Position numbers and translations under genes: made by a program. From positions 1 to 64,000 of the forward strand of contig JBBQRQ010000008.1 in the NCBI GenBank assembly GCA_038214755.1: DNA of 64,000 nt, in the 5' to 3' direction. Source of the stretch: Verrucomicrobiota bacterium (GTDB lineage Bacteria > Verrucomicrobiota > Verrucomicrobiia > Limisphaerales > CANJXF01). Positions 18,887-28,799 of this stretch are shown here, piece by piece (positions within the stretch are counted from its first letter, which is position 1; every line of letters begins with the position of its first letter). The notes beneath the pieces were generated by a model, which did no database searches, had not been told where the DNA came from, and saw nothing but the letters and a program-made list of their open reading frames with translations.

Positions 18887-21016
18887 ATGGACTCAAAAGA
18901 AATCCAAGTCAAAGCCCTTCAGTTGTTGCGCCAATCCACCGGCGATTCACAAGCGACGTTCCGTTCTGGCCAACTTGAAGCAATCGAACATTTGATTGAA
19001 CGACGCGGTCCGCTTCTGGTTGTGCAACGCACCGGTTGGGGCAAGAGCAACGTCTATTTTATCGCTGCAAAACTCCTGCGCGAACAACAAGCCGGGCCAA
19101 CACTGATCATTTCTCCATTGCTGGCGTTGATGCGAAATCAAATCACTGCCGCTGAACGCGCGGGTGTCCGCGCTGTTCGAGTCACGTCGGAGGAAAAGAA
19201 CCGCGACGATTGGGGACGCATCCGTGATGAACTGCTCGCCGACCGCGTGGACGTTTTGCTCATTTCACCGGAGCGGTTGGGCAACGAGGAATTTGTGCAG
19301 ACGATGTTGCAGCCGGTTGCGGCGCGCATTGGCTTGCTCGTGGTGGACGAGGCGCATTGCATTTCGGATTGGGGACACGACTTCCGCCCGGACTACCGCC
19401 GCATCACGCGCATCCTGAAATCGTTGCCGCCAAATGTTCGCGTGCTCGCGACGACAGCGACGGCGAATGATCGCGTCGTGGCTGATTTGAAATCGCAACT
19501 TGGCGCGGCGCTCACGGTTCAGCGCGGTAAACTGGCGCGGGCAAGTTTGCAACTGCAAAATATTTCTCTTCCCAGTGAAATCGCCCGACTGGCCTGGCTC
19601 GCGCACACGTTGCCCAAACTTCCCGGCAGCGGTGTGATTTACACGCTGACCATCCGCGACGCGCGCACGGTGGCTGCGTGGTTGCGCGAAAATGGTATTG
19701 ATGCTGAACCATATTGGGGCGGGCTGGATGAAGAACTCGGACAACCCGGCTTGCGCGAGCGGCTTGAAGCGCGTCTGCTCCGCAACGAACTTAAAGCGCT
19801 CGTCGCCACCACCGCGCTCGGCATGGGCTTTGATAAACCCGATCTCGCATTTGTCATTCACTATCAACTTCCCGGTTCTGTGGTGCATTACTATCAACAA
19901 GTGGGTCGTGCCGGCCGCGCGTTGCCTGATGCCTTTGCGGTGTTGCTCGGCGGTGGCGGCGACAGCGACATCACAGACCACTTCATCGAGACCGCATTTC
20001 CGCCGCGTGAGTTGGTTGAAAAAATTCTCTCGCAACTCGACGCTGCGCCCGACGGACTGACGCTCGGTGAGTTGCAAATCAAACTGAACGCTCCGCGCGG
20101 GCGTTTGGATCACGCGCTGAAATTGCTTTCACTCGAATCACCTGCGCCGCTCTTGAAACTCGATAGCCATTGGAAACGCACCTCCGCGCTCCTCGCTCCA
20201 TCGTTTTGGGAACGCGTCGAGCGGCTCACGGAACTTCGCAAGCGCGAACAAACCCGGATGTGCGAATACCTTCACGCGCGTTCTTGTCTCATGCAATTTC
20301 TCGCCCGCGAACTGGATGAAGACGACGCGCCGCGATGCGGACGTTGCTCGGTTTGTCGCGGTGAACCATTGCTGGCCGAACAATTTACTCCGACGTTTGC
20401 CGAACGCGCCGCGCAATTTCTCCAACGCACCCATCATCCGATAAAGCCCCGCAAATTGTGGCCGAAGGACGCCTTCAGCACTTACCAGTTCACGGGAAAA
20501 ATTTCAGAATCGCTCCGTGCCGAAACGGGTCGCGTGCTGGCGATTTGGGGCGACGCGGGGTGGGGCGATTTGGTGCGCGCGGGAAAATATTCCACCACCA
20601 ACCGCTTCGATGACCGTCTGGTTGCCGCTGTCATAGAGATGATCCACGAATGGAATCCGCAGCCGCAGCCAGCATGGGTGACGTATGTACCGTCGTTGAA
20701 TCGCACAACCCTTGTTGCCGAATTTGCCGAACGGCTGGCGAACCATTTGAAACTGCCCTTTCATTCCGTGTTGCAAAAAACTCGACCCTCGCCGCCACAG
20801 AAAGAAATGCAAAACAGTTTTCAACAGGCGCACAATCTCGACGGCGCGTTCACGGTCAAGCCGGGCGTTGGTTTTACAAAGCCGGTAATGTTGGTGGACG
20901 ACATGGTGGATAGCGGCTGGACGTTTACGGTTTGCGCCGCGCTGCTTCGGCAGGCGGGCAGCGGGCCGGTGTTCCCCATCGCGCTTGCGCAAACCAGCAA
21001 ATCTGACGAAACTTGA
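18887..21016 (+). CDS. RecQ-like DEAH helicase with C-terminal phosphoribosyltransferase (ComF-like) domain
   Basis: TGWGKS, DEAHCISDWGHDFRPDY, QQVGRAGR, Zn motif CGRCSVC, LVDDMVDSGWT. Confidence 0.9.
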   Translation: MDSKEIQVKALQLLRQSTGDSQATFRSGQLEAIEHLIERRGPLLVVQRTGWGKSNVYFIAAKLLREQQAGPTLIISPLLALMRNQITAAERAGVRAVRVTSEEKNRDDWGRIRDELLADRVDVLLISPERLGNEEFVQTMLQPVAARIGLLVVDEAHCISDWGHDFRPDYRRITRILKSLPPNVRVLATTATANDRVVADLKSQLGAALTVQRGKLARASLQLQNISLPSEIARLAWLAHTLPKLPGSGVIYTLTIRDARTVAAWLRENGIDAEPYWGGLDEELGQPGLRERLEARLLRNELKALVATTALGMGFDKPDLAFVIHYQLPGSVVHYYQQVGRAGRALPDAFAVLLGGGGDSDITDHFIETAFPPRELVEKILSQLDAAPDGLTLGELQIKLNAPRGRLDHALKLLSLESPAPLLKLDSHWKRTSALLAPSFWERVERLTELRKREQTRMCEYLHARSCLMQFLARELDEDDAPRCGRCSVCRGEPLLAEQFTPTFAERAAQFLQRTHHPIKPRKLWPKDAFSTYQFTGKISESLRAETGRVLAIWGDAGWGDLVRAGKYSTTNRFDDRLVAAVIEMIHEWNPQPQPAWVTYVPSLNRTTLVAEFAERLANHLKLPFHSVLQKTRPSPPQKEMQNSFQQAHNLDGAFTVKPGVGFTKPVMLVDDMVDSGWTFTVCAALLRQAGSGPVFPIALAQTSKSDET

Positions 21017-21021
21017 AACCC

Positions 21022-22080
21022 ATGAACGCCAACCCGCTTTCACCCGCAACACAGGTTACGCTGCTATTGTGTTCGCCGTTGCGCGCCGGGCGGAACAAGG
21101 ACGTTCGGACGTTGAATATCGGCGAGTTCAATGAACTGGAAAAGCAGCTGCTACGTCTCGGTGCGCCGCTGGAACAGTTGCTCGAAACGGACGCTGCGAC
21201 GCTGCTTAAAAAGATTTCTCCGGCGATGGATGGGGCAAAAATCGAAACTCTGTTGGGACGCGGCTTCATGTTGAGTATGGCCGTTGAAATGTGGCAAAGC
21301 GCGGGCGTATGGGTCACCAGTCGCAATGAAACTGATTACCCGGAACGCCTGCATCGCCTGAAACAAAATACTCCACCATTGCTTTACGGTTGCGGCGAAA
21401 AAAAACTTTTGTCGCGCGGCGGACTCGCGATTGTTGGATCACGTGATGTGGACGAGGCGGGCGAAGAATTTGCCAAACGCGCGGCGGCATCTGCGGCGCG
21501 CGAAGACGTGCAGGTTGTATCGGGAGGCGCGCGCGGTGTGGACCAATTCGCGATGTTGGCCGCGCTCGAAGTCGGTGGGACAGTTGTAGGCGTACTCGCA
21601 GATAGTCTTTTGCGGTCAGCTACATCTGGCCATGCGCGTGAAGCAATTCAAGACGGACGGCTCACGCTTGTCTCGGCATTCGATCCTGAAGCTGGATTCA
21701 ATGTCGGCAATGCGATGCAACGCAACAAACACATTTATGCGCTGGCCGATTTTGGGCTGGTCGTAAGTTCCGGCTACAATGAAGGCGGCACATGGTCGGG
21801 CGCGATTGAGCAATTGGAAAAACTTCGTCTCACCCCAATCTTTGTTCGCGGCGGCGACGATGTGCCGGAAGGGAATCGCCAGTTGCTTCGACGTGACGCG
21901 TTGCCATTTTTGCCAGAACCGTGGCCAGCTTCGTTGCGCGAATTTTTTGGAGCGTTGTCGCAAAAGAAAGTTCAGTCGATGGAGACAGCCGACTTGTTCG
22001 CTCTACATGAAACACCGCTCAAATATCATAGCAGCCGACGTGAGGAGGCTCTGAATTCTTCGCGAAAACGAAAGCATTGA
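21022..22080 (+). CDS. dprA: DprA/Smf-family protein
   Basis: PPLLYG.G, AIVGSR, VSGGARGVD, AMQRN, GGTWSGA. Confidence 0.88.
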   Translation: MNANPLSPATQVTLLLCSPLRAGRNKDVRTLNIGEFNELEKQLLRLGAPLEQLLETDAATLLKKISPAMDGAKIETLLGRGFMLSMAVEMWQSAGVWVTSRNETDYPERLHRLKQNTPPLLYGCGEKKLLSRGGLAIVGSRDVDEAGEEFAKRAAASAAREDVQVVSGGARGVDQFAMLAALEVGGTVVGVLADSLLRSATSGHAREAIQDGRLTLVSAFDPEAGFNVGNAMQRNKHIYALADFGLVVSSGYNEGGTWSGAIEQLEKLRLTPIFVRGGDDVPEGNRQLLRRDALPFLPEPWPASLREFFGALSQKKVQSMETADLFALHETPLKYHSSRREEALNSSRKRKH

Positions 22081-22081
22081 A

Positions 22082-23689
22082 ATGAAAACTAAACTCAAGC
22101 CCGTCACCCGCAAACTTTCCGCCAAGCGTGCGCTTGCCACCATTTCGTTACAGCCTGTCGTGCCAGTCAAAGATCGTCGTCTGAATTTTGGCGACAAATG
22201 GGATTACGCGCCCGCGCCGGAAACGGTGCCGGTGAAAATTCAGCCGCGCTACGAATTGTTCATCAACGGGAAATTCACCGCGCCGAGTTCTGGAAAATAT
22301 TTTGAGTCGATCAATCCTGCGACCGAACAAAAACTTTCGGACATCGCAGCGGCGAATGGAGCGGATGTGGATGTGGCTGTGAAATCGGCGCGGCGCGCTT
22401 ATGAAAAAGTTTGGAGCAAAATGTCGGGACGCGAGCGCGGCAAATATCTTTACCGCATCGCGCGCATCATTCAGGAAAAGTCGCGCGAACTCGCCATGAT
22501 GGAAACGATGGATGGCGGCAAAACCATCAAGGAAAGCCGCGACATCGATCTGCCGCTCGTGGCCGCGCACTTTTTTTACTACGCCGGTTGGGCGGATAAA
22601 CTGAAATACGCGTTTCCCGGAAAAACTCCGCAACCGCTCGGCGTCGCGGGACAAATTATTCCGTGGAATTTTCCCTTGCTCATGGCCGCGTGGAAAATTG
22701 CTCCGGCCCTCGCGTGCGGAAATACCGTTGTTTTAAAGCCCGCCGAAACCACCAGCATCACCGCGATGCATCTCGCGCAAATTTTTCAGGAAGCCGAATT
22801 GCCTGAAGGCGTGGTGAACATCGTAACTGGCGCGGGCGAAACCGGCGCGGCCATCGTCAATCATCCTGAGATCAACAAAATCGCGTTCACTGGCAGCACG
22901 GAGGTGGGGAAGGCGATTGCGAAAAGCATTGCGAATAGGAGCGCGGACAGCCATGTCCGCGAGAACCAAAACGGCGGAAAACACGCGGACAAGGCTGTCT
23001 GCGCTCCTCGTCTCACGCTCGAACTCGGCGGCAAAGCGGCGAACATTATTTTCGAAGACGCCCCGATTGATCAAGCCGTCGAAGGAATTATTTCCGGAAT
23101 TTATTTTAATCAAGGCCACGTCTGCTGCGCCGGTTCGCGTCTGCTCGTGCAGGAAGGAATTTTCCGGACCGTGATTCGCAAGTTGCGCGACCGCATCGCC
23201 ACGTTGCGCGTTGGAAATCCGCTCGATAAAAACACCGACATCGGCGCGATCAATTCGCGGATGCAACTCGAAAAAATCCGCGAGCTGGTGCAAAGCGGCG
23301 TCGATGAAGGTGCTGAATTGGTGCAGCCGCGCTGCGCGTTGCCGGAAAAAGGTTATTGGTATCCGCCAAGTTTTCTAACGGGTGTCACCGCGTCGCATCG
23401 CATCGCGCAGGAAGAAATTTTCGGCCCGGTGTTGAGCGTGATGACCTTTCGCACACCGGAAGAAGCGTTCGAGCGCGCGAACAATACGCCCTACGGATTG
23501 AGCGCCGGCGTCTGGACCGACAAAGGCAGCAAGATTTTCAAGATGGTCAACAAACTCCGCGCCGGCGTCGTCTGGGCAAACACGTTTAACAAGTTCGATC
23601 CGACAAGTCCGTTCGGCGGGTACAAAGAAAGTGGATTTGGCCGTGAAGGTGGTTTGCAAGGACTCGCCGCTTACTGCCGACTCGACTAA
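22082..23689 (+). CDS. NAD-dependent aldehyde dehydrogenase containing an in-frame repeat insertion
   Basis: IPWNFP, FTGST, LELGGK, GHVCCAG, EEIFGPV, FGGYKESG. Confidence 0.93.
   Translation: MKTKLKPVTRKLSAKRALATISLQPVVPVKDRRLNFGDKWDYAPAPETVPVKIQPRYELFINGKFTAPSSGKYFESINPATEQKLSDIAAANGADVDVAVKSARRAYEKVWSKMSGRERGKYLYRIARIIQEKSRELAMMETMDGGKTIKESRDIDLPLVAAHFFYYAGWADKLKYAFPGKTPQPLGVAGQIIPWNFPLLMAAWKIAPALACGNTVVLKPAETTSITAMHLAQIFQEAELPEGVVNIVTGAGETGAAIVNHPEINKIAFTGSTEVGKAIAKSIANRSADSHVRENQNGGKHADKAVCAPRLTLELGGKAANIIFEDAPIDQAVEGIISGIYFNQGHVCCAGSRLLVQEGIFRTVIRKLRDRIATLRVGNPLDKNTDIGAINSRMQLEKIRELVQSGVDEGAELVQPRCALPEKGYWYPPSFLTGVTASHRIAQEEIFGPVLSVMTFRTPEEAFERANNTPYGLSAGVWTDKGSKIFKMVNKLRAGVVWANTFNKFDPTSPFGGYKESGFGREGGLQGLAAYCRLD
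22937..23008. repeat. Palindromic family C element inside the ALDH ORF
   Basis: AGGAGCGCGGACAGCCATGTCCGCG...CGCGGACAAGGCTGTCTGCGCTCCT; intergenic relatives at 40969, 48802, 56289. Confidence 0.92.
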
Positions 23690-23701
23690 ATCGCAAAATT
23701 C

Positions 23702-24368
23702 TTGTTGTCATCTGTGAACGAAGCCGTGTGCGAATTCCCATTCCAAATCAAGGCGGAAGGCGCAGCGCAAATGGCGACGCTGCACTTTGCGACCCAAGTC
23801 GAACTACGTCGTTATCATCGCAGCCTGTCGCCATTCGCGCGCGAGGCTTCCACAGTCGTTCGGGAAGCCGTCGAATTCACCCGGCTTGCCGCCAAACGGT
23901 GGCGTTATTATTTCCACACTGATGAAGCCGCCGAGAGTTTTGCCGCTGCAACGCGAAATTCACCGCCACCCAAAATGCGAAGTCGCCTTCATTATGGTTG
24001 CCACGATTCGGCAGGCGAACCGCGACTTGCCGGTTGACCTCGCCTATTGCCGACGAACCTGGTGTCATCACCTTGCGCTTGATTTCCTCGCGTTGCATCC
24101 GGGCGCGCTGGCGCGAAACTGGCGGGTGAGCGGCGTAGGCAGCGGCATCGTATTCGGACTGGTTCAATTGGCGAACGCGTTGAACATTTCGCGCATCTGG
24201 GGCGAGGCCACGGTGAATTCTGCTCCGTTCTACGAAAAGCTGCTGGCCGTTTCTCCCGTTCAAGATTTGTTCCTCATCGAAGCGCCGGAGATGGCGGCCA
24301 TTACCAAACGGCAGGAAAAAATCAGCCATCCAACTCTTGTCACCAAAACCACAACTGAACTACATTGA
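23702..24368 (+). pseudogene. Probable GNAT-fold toxin, apparently frameshifted near 23945
   Basis: Overlapping ORFs 23702..24037 and 23787..24368; C-terminal LDFLALHP..SGVGSG..GEATVNSAPFYEKL resembles GNAT motifs. Confidence 0.55.
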
Positions 24369-24377
24369 CGCCGTGAC

Positions 24378-24570
24378 AGTGAAACGCACAAAGCCAGTGA
24401 GCCTTGAAGAACTCTGGGATTACGAAGCAAGGCATCCCGTGGTCTTCGCCTCGCCTCGTGCCTTGGCCGATGCACGGTTGATTGCCAAACTGGAGCGCAC
24501 GACACGGAATCACCGTCGCAGCACACACCGCAATGGTGTTGCCCATCGCCGTAAAGCCGTGTCCGCCTGA
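24378..24570 (+). CDS. Small basic protein, possible antitoxin partner
   Basis: Short ORF right after the GNAT-like gene; start uncertain. Confidence 0.4.
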
Positions 24571-24579
24571 AAAAGTAGC

Positions 24580-24675
24580 GCTGGCGTCGTCTGAGCGAAC
24601 ACGTTCAACAAATTCGATCCGACAAGTCCGTTTGGTGGATACAAAGAAAGCGTCTTCGGTTGCGAGGGTGGACTG
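24580..24675 (+). pseudogene. Diverged second copy of ALDH 3' region
   Basis: 96 nt aligning to 23561-23656 (AGVV*ANTFNKFDPTSPFGGYKES..). Confidence 0.93.
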
Positions 24676-24694
24676 AATTTGAATTGGATTTTCC

Positions 24695-25264
24695 ATGCCG
24701 ACTTATATTGCAATGCTGCGCGGCATCAATGTCAGCGGGCACAAGACGATCAAAATGGCGCGTCTTCGTGCGTCATTCGAGGAGTTGGGATTCAGCGATG
24801 TCGAAACTTATATTCAGAGCGGCAACGTCATCTTCAGAGCGGGGCAGGAATCCGCAGCCAGCTTGTCCAAACAAATTGGAGGAAAAATTTTAAGTGATTT
24901 TAGTTTCTCAGTTCCTGTGCTGGTCAAAACAGCGAATGAGATGGGTGAGGTCGTGAAAAAGAATCCGTTTTTGAAGGATGGGGGAATTGACCCGTCCAAA
25001 TTGCACGTCACTTTCCTCTCGAAAACCGCGCCGCAAATGGCTGAAAAAATTCTGGAGACATTGGCCGCGAAGTCCGAACGATTCTGCGTTTGCGACCGGG
25101 AAATTTATCTCTATTGCCCAGATGGATACGGCAACACCAAACTTTCGAACAGCGCCATTGAAAAAAAGTTTTCAGTCCAGGCCACCACTAGAAATTGGAA
25201 AACGGTGAATGTCCTTTTGGCGAGATGTTCGTTTGCAAAACAGAAACTGGTTGGAGAAAAATAG
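24695..25264 (+). CDS. DUF1697 family protein
   Basis: YIAMLRGINVSG, TYIQSGNV, TTRNWKTV. Confidence 0.9.
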   Translation: MPTYIAMLRGINVSGHKTIKMARLRASFEELGFSDVETYIQSGNVIFRAGQESAASLSKQIGGKILSDFSFSVPVLVKTANEMGEVVKKNPFLKDGGIDPSKLHVTFLSKTAPQMAEKILETLAAKSERFCVCDREIYLYCPDGYGNTKLSNSAIEKKFSVQATTRNWKTVNVLLARCSFAKQKLVGEK

Positions 25265-25277
25265 AACACTCAATTCC

Positions 25278-25316
25278 AATTGGCGGTGTCCTAATTAATC
25301 CAAATTAGGACACCGC
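25278..25316. repeat. Intergenic hairpin
   Basis: GGCGGTGTCCTAAT-loop-ATTAGGACACCGCC. Confidence 0.65.
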
Positions 25317-25348
25317 CCGGCTTCCCACTGGTTTGACGATTTTCGTAA

Positions 25349-26926
25349 ATGGTGGATAGATTGTGTCGAATCTTCATGAGCCCTCCTCTCTCATTGAATG
25401 CACGCTGTGCCCTTTCGCGATGGAGCGCGGGTATATTCTTCCTCACCGCGCTCGCCGTCGCGGGCGCAGACTGGCCGCAGTATCGCGGTCCCAATCACAA
25501 CGGCGTTTCAACCGATCATCTCAATACACAATGGACCGGCTCTGTAACCAATCCGTTGTGGCTGGTTTCATTCACCAACGGTCTTGGCAGTTTTTCAGTC
25601 AGCGGAGCAAGGGCTTTCACCCAGGTTCGCCGCACCACCAATGATCTCGAAAAGGAATTCTGTGTGGCCTTAAGCAGCGCTAGCGGAACTGAACTCTGGG
25701 CGACGATGGTGGACGACGGCGATTATCCTGACTTCGGCGTGGGCTTTACCGACGACGGACCGCGCACGACACCAGCCGTCGATGGTGACTCGGTTTATGT
25801 GTTGTCGTCCTACATCAAATTGTATCGGCTCAATGCCGCCAGCGGCGCGGTGATCTGGCAAAAGGATTTACGGGCAATCTATGGAGGGGAGGTCATCGCG
25901 TGGCAAAATGCAGCGTCACCCTTGATTGAGGATGGGTTGATCTTCGTCAACGCCAACTGTGGGACTTCAACCTTGATGGCATTGCGCACGAGTGACGGAG
26001 AACCAGCGTGGCGCTCGCAGAACGAAGCGATGACCCACGCCACGCCGGTGCTCGCCACCATTCATGGAGTGCGGCAAGTGATCTTTGCCACCCAAAGCGG
26101 CCTGGTCTCTTTGAATCCCCAAACGGGAAATTTGGTGTGGAGATTCGATTACCCGTTTTCCTACACCACTTCACTCGCAGCCTCACCCGCAGTAGATGGA
26201 GACATGGTTTTCGTTACCGGCTTTTACGGGATGGGTTCGGTCGTCGTAAAAATCCTCAACCCGAACGGGACATTCGTGCCGACGCAACTTTGGTACAATG
26301 CGTCGCTGCAAAGCCATTGGTCCACGCCCGTCTGCTATCAGGGATGTCTCTTCGGGCAATTCACGCCGGACGGCGCGAACGCCCAACTGAGATGCATCGA
26401 CATGGCGAGCGGCAGTTTGAAATGGGCGGTGAACGGTTTCGGGCGTGGCAGCGTGTCGCTGGTGGGCAATCATCTTCTGGCCATCACGGAACGCGGTCAA
26501 TTGGTGGCAGCCCAACCGAACACAAATACCTACACCGAGGTCGCACGTTTTCTGGCAATTCCAGGTTACAACGATGGCGGAAATAAATGTTGGAACTCTT
26601 TGGCGGTAGCTGACGGAAAAGTTTTTGTTCGTAGCACGGCCTACGCCGCCGCATTTGATCTTTCGCTGCCAGCTCTCAAATTGGATTCGCCCCAACTCGA
26701 ACCGGCCAACAAGGTTCAACTCACCATTCGCACTGTCAACGGAACTCCCGTGAACTCCAACCGGCTGGCGGGCTTGTCGGTGCGATCCACCACCAATCTG
26801 GCGCTCTCGCCTTCACTGTGGCCGGCGCTCACCAACAATCTGGTGCTCAGCAACGATGTGCTGCGGGTGGGCGGCGTCGATGCAAAACCGCCCATACAGT
26901 TTTTTATCCTGGACGAACTACAGTAG
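25349..26926 (+). CDS. PQQ-like beta-propeller secreted protein with extra C-terminal domain
   Basis: DWPQYRGPNHNG, GPRTTP, repeated G..xW blades; start may be downstream (e.g. 25376). Confidence 0.85.
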   Translation: MVDRLCRIFMSPPLSLNARCALSRWSAGIFFLTALAVAGADWPQYRGPNHNGVSTDHLNTQWTGSVTNPLWLVSFTNGLGSFSVSGARAFTQVRRTTNDLEKEFCVALSSASGTELWATMVDDGDYPDFGVGFTDDGPRTTPAVDGDSVYVLSSYIKLYRLNAASGAVIWQKDLRAIYGGEVIAWQNAASPLIEDGLIFVNANCGTSTLMALRTSDGEPAWRSQNEAMTHATPVLATIHGVRQVIFATQSGLVSLNPQTGNLVWRFDYPFSYTTSLAASPAVDGDMVFVTGFYGMGSVVVKILNPNGTFVPTQLWYNASLQSHWSTPVCYQGCLFGQFTPDGANAQLRCIDMASGSLKWAVNGFGRGSVSLVGNHLLAITERGQLVAAQPNTNTYTEVARFLAIPGYNDGGNKCWNSLAVADGKVFVRSTAYAAAFDLSLPALKLDSPQLEPANKVQLTIRTVNGTPVNSNRLAGLSVRSTTNLALSPSLWPALTNNLVLSNDVLRVGGVDAKPPIQFFILDELQ

Positions 26927-26933
26927 GAGGTAA

Positions 26934-27707
26934 TTGATGAAGACGAAATTATTTGCGCGCTCATCGAAGAACGTCGCCTTTACGCTCATCGAGCTTTTAG
27001 TGGTGATTGCGATCATCGCCATTCTGGCGGCGCTGCTTCTGCCATCGCTCGCCGGCAGCAAAGAAAAAGCGCGACGCACCAGTTGTAAGAGTTCCGAGCG
27101 CCAACTTCTTTTGGCCGCGCATCTTTATGGCGACGACAATTTGCAGCGTCTGCCCAGTGGCGCGCCCAACAAACCGATGCCCGAGGATGACGATCATCTG
27201 CCCGTAATTAGTGGCGCGACCAGCAACGCGTTTGTGCAATACCTGGGCCATGAGCGTATGGTTCATTGTCCAAGCTTCGCGGATTATTTCGTGAAGAAAC
27301 AAACCGAGCGTCCGTTTGAAGAGCGCCAATACGGCTACGTCATTGGTTACAACTATCACGGCGGTCACTCGAAAACACCGTGGAAACCGATGCCCGGTTT
27401 CGACGCCACATGGGTTTCGCCACAACGCCTGACTGATTCGGGTACGCTGGTTTTGGTGACCGACATGAATGACTGGTCGCCACTCTATGGAAAGAGTTTT
27501 ACCGCGCATGCCAAGAGCGGCCCGGTGCTCCAGGAAGTGGACGACGCCAGCCCAAGCGGCCCTGCTCCGTCTGCCGCCGCTATCGGTTCGACGGGTGGGA
27601 ACATTGGGCTGCTCGACGGCTCGGTTTCCTGGAAGAACATTCAAAAGATGCAAACCTATCGTGGTTCACAAAAGTGGGACAACGATGGCTGCTGGGCGAT
27701 GTGGTGA
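26934..27707 (+). CDS. Prepilin-type N-terminal cleavage/methylation protein (PVC DUF1559-like)
   Basis: [24 protein letters not shown]-terminal [11 protein letters not shown]. Confidence 0.9.
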   Translation: MMKTKLFARSSKNVAFTLIELLVVIAIIAILAALLLPSLAGSKEKARRTSCKSSERQLLLAAHLYGDDNLQRLPSGAPNKPMPEDDDHLPVISGATSNAFVQYLGHERMVHCPSFADYFVKKQTERPFEERQYGYVIGYNYHGGHSKTPWKPMPGFDATWVSPQRLTDSGTLVLVTDMNDWSPLYGKSFTAHAKSGPVLQEVDDASPSGPAPSAAAIGSTGGNIGLLDGSVSWKNIQKMQTYRGSQKWDNDGCWAMW

Positions 27708-27715
27708 AACTTGTT

Positions 27716-27976
27716 TCAGCGATAAATCTCCCGGCGATGCCCGACCGCAACCACCAGAACAACCAATTGTTCGTCCCGGATTTGGTAAATAATGCGGTAG
27801 TCACCGACGCGAACTCGATAAACATTTTCCTCGCCAGATAGTTTCACGCAGCCGGAGGGTCGCGGATTTTCCCCCAAGCTGCGAAACGCCTGCGTCAAAC
27901 GTTGTCGCAAAGATTGATCCCGCAATTTCTCCAGAAATTTCGTGGGTGTAGCGGCGATGCGAACCGTGTAATTCAC
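27716..27976 (-). CDS. relE: RelE/ParE-family toxin
   Basis: LGENPRPSGCVKLSG..YRVRVGDYRIIY..VGHRREIYR. Confidence 0.92.
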   Translation of the reverse strand: MNYTVRIAATPTKFLEKLRDQSLRQRLTQAFRSLGENPRPSGCVKLSGEENVYRVRVGDYRIIYQIRDEQLVVLVVAVGHRREIYR

Positions 27977-28173
27977 ATTCCGAGACGTTGTTCCAGTTCG
28001 TCAACGGTGATGCATTCACCGGGATGGGCGAGGGTGGCGCGCGCGGCTTTGAGATCCGCGTCGTTTTCGAGCGTCTCCAATTCCGCTAGATCATCGATTA
28101 AAGAAACGACCTTGTTGGCTCTTTCCACGGAAAGATTTTCCAATTTCGCCACAGCTTCCAGAACAGTGCTCAT
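27973..28173 (-). CDS. Cognate antitoxin
   Basis: 66-aa acidic ORF with ATGA overlap to the toxin; ITVDELEQRLG. Confidence 0.8.
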   Translation of the reverse strand: MSTVLEAVAKLENLSVERANKVVSLIDDLAELETLENDADLKAARATLAHPGECITVDELEQRLGM

Positions 28174-28179
28174 GAGTTT

Positions 28180-28212
28180 ATTCTGCCTGGATTAAAACCT
28201 TTCTTCAAGCGC
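28180..28212 (-). promoter_or_regulatory. Putative sigma70 promoter, leaderless antitoxin mRNA
   Basis: TTGAAG-17nt-CAGAAT-6nt-ATG. Confidence 0.55.
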
Positions 28213-28253
28213 GGCGCATTATTGATTCTCTCACCGTTTCCAAAACATCCTTT

Positions 28254-28374
28254 TCAAAACTTTACAATCTTTCCGCATTTCATCGCCTCCTCACCCGCAA
28301 TCGCCAGTAAAGTTGCGTCCACACAATTTTTTACGGACGTGAGCGACTCTCGTTTTGCCAAAATGCATTTCACA
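28254..28374 (-). pseudogene. Diverged second copy of Gfo/Idh/MocA 3' end
   Basis: VKCILAKRESLTSVKNCVDATLLAIAGEEAMKCGKIVKF* versus 29121-29241. Confidence 0.93.
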
Positions 28375-28448
28375 GTTTCGGGTGGGTTTCGTCATAGTCG
28401 AGATGGTGGCACCCACGAAGTTCATTGTTCAGATGAAGGGATAAGTTT

Positions 28449-28799
28449 TCAGATATAGATCAATTGGTTTTTCATTTCCTCGCGAGACGTGGTGTTGAGA
28501 ATCCCCAGCACACGCCGCGCGATCTGTGCCGGCGGACGGCGCACAGCAATAACGATCCCAAAATGCGTTTTGCCGAGTTCAAAATATTCTCGGGCCAAGG
28601 CCTCAAAATCTCGGCGGTTATGCGTCAAAATTGTTTTCCCAGCCTCGGCTGCATAGCTTAACTGTTGGGCATCTTCCGCTTCATTCATCCCCGCCATCTG
28701 TGTCGTTGTGAAAGAGTAGAAGCCGCGAGCTTGAACAAGTTTTCCAATCAACGGATCAACGTCTTCATCCAAATGCAACTCAATAGCAGGTCCCGTCAC
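28449..28799 (-). CDS. DUF5615 PIN-like toxin
   Basis: LHLDEDV, D..QL.YA, ILTHNRRDF, HFGIV. Confidence 0.88.
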   Translation of the reverse strand: MTGPAIELHLDEDVDPLIGKLVQARGFYSFTTTQMAGMNEAEDAQQLSYAAEAGKTILTHNRRDFEALAREYFELGKTHFGIVIAVRRPPAQIARRVLGILNTTSREEMKNQLIYI

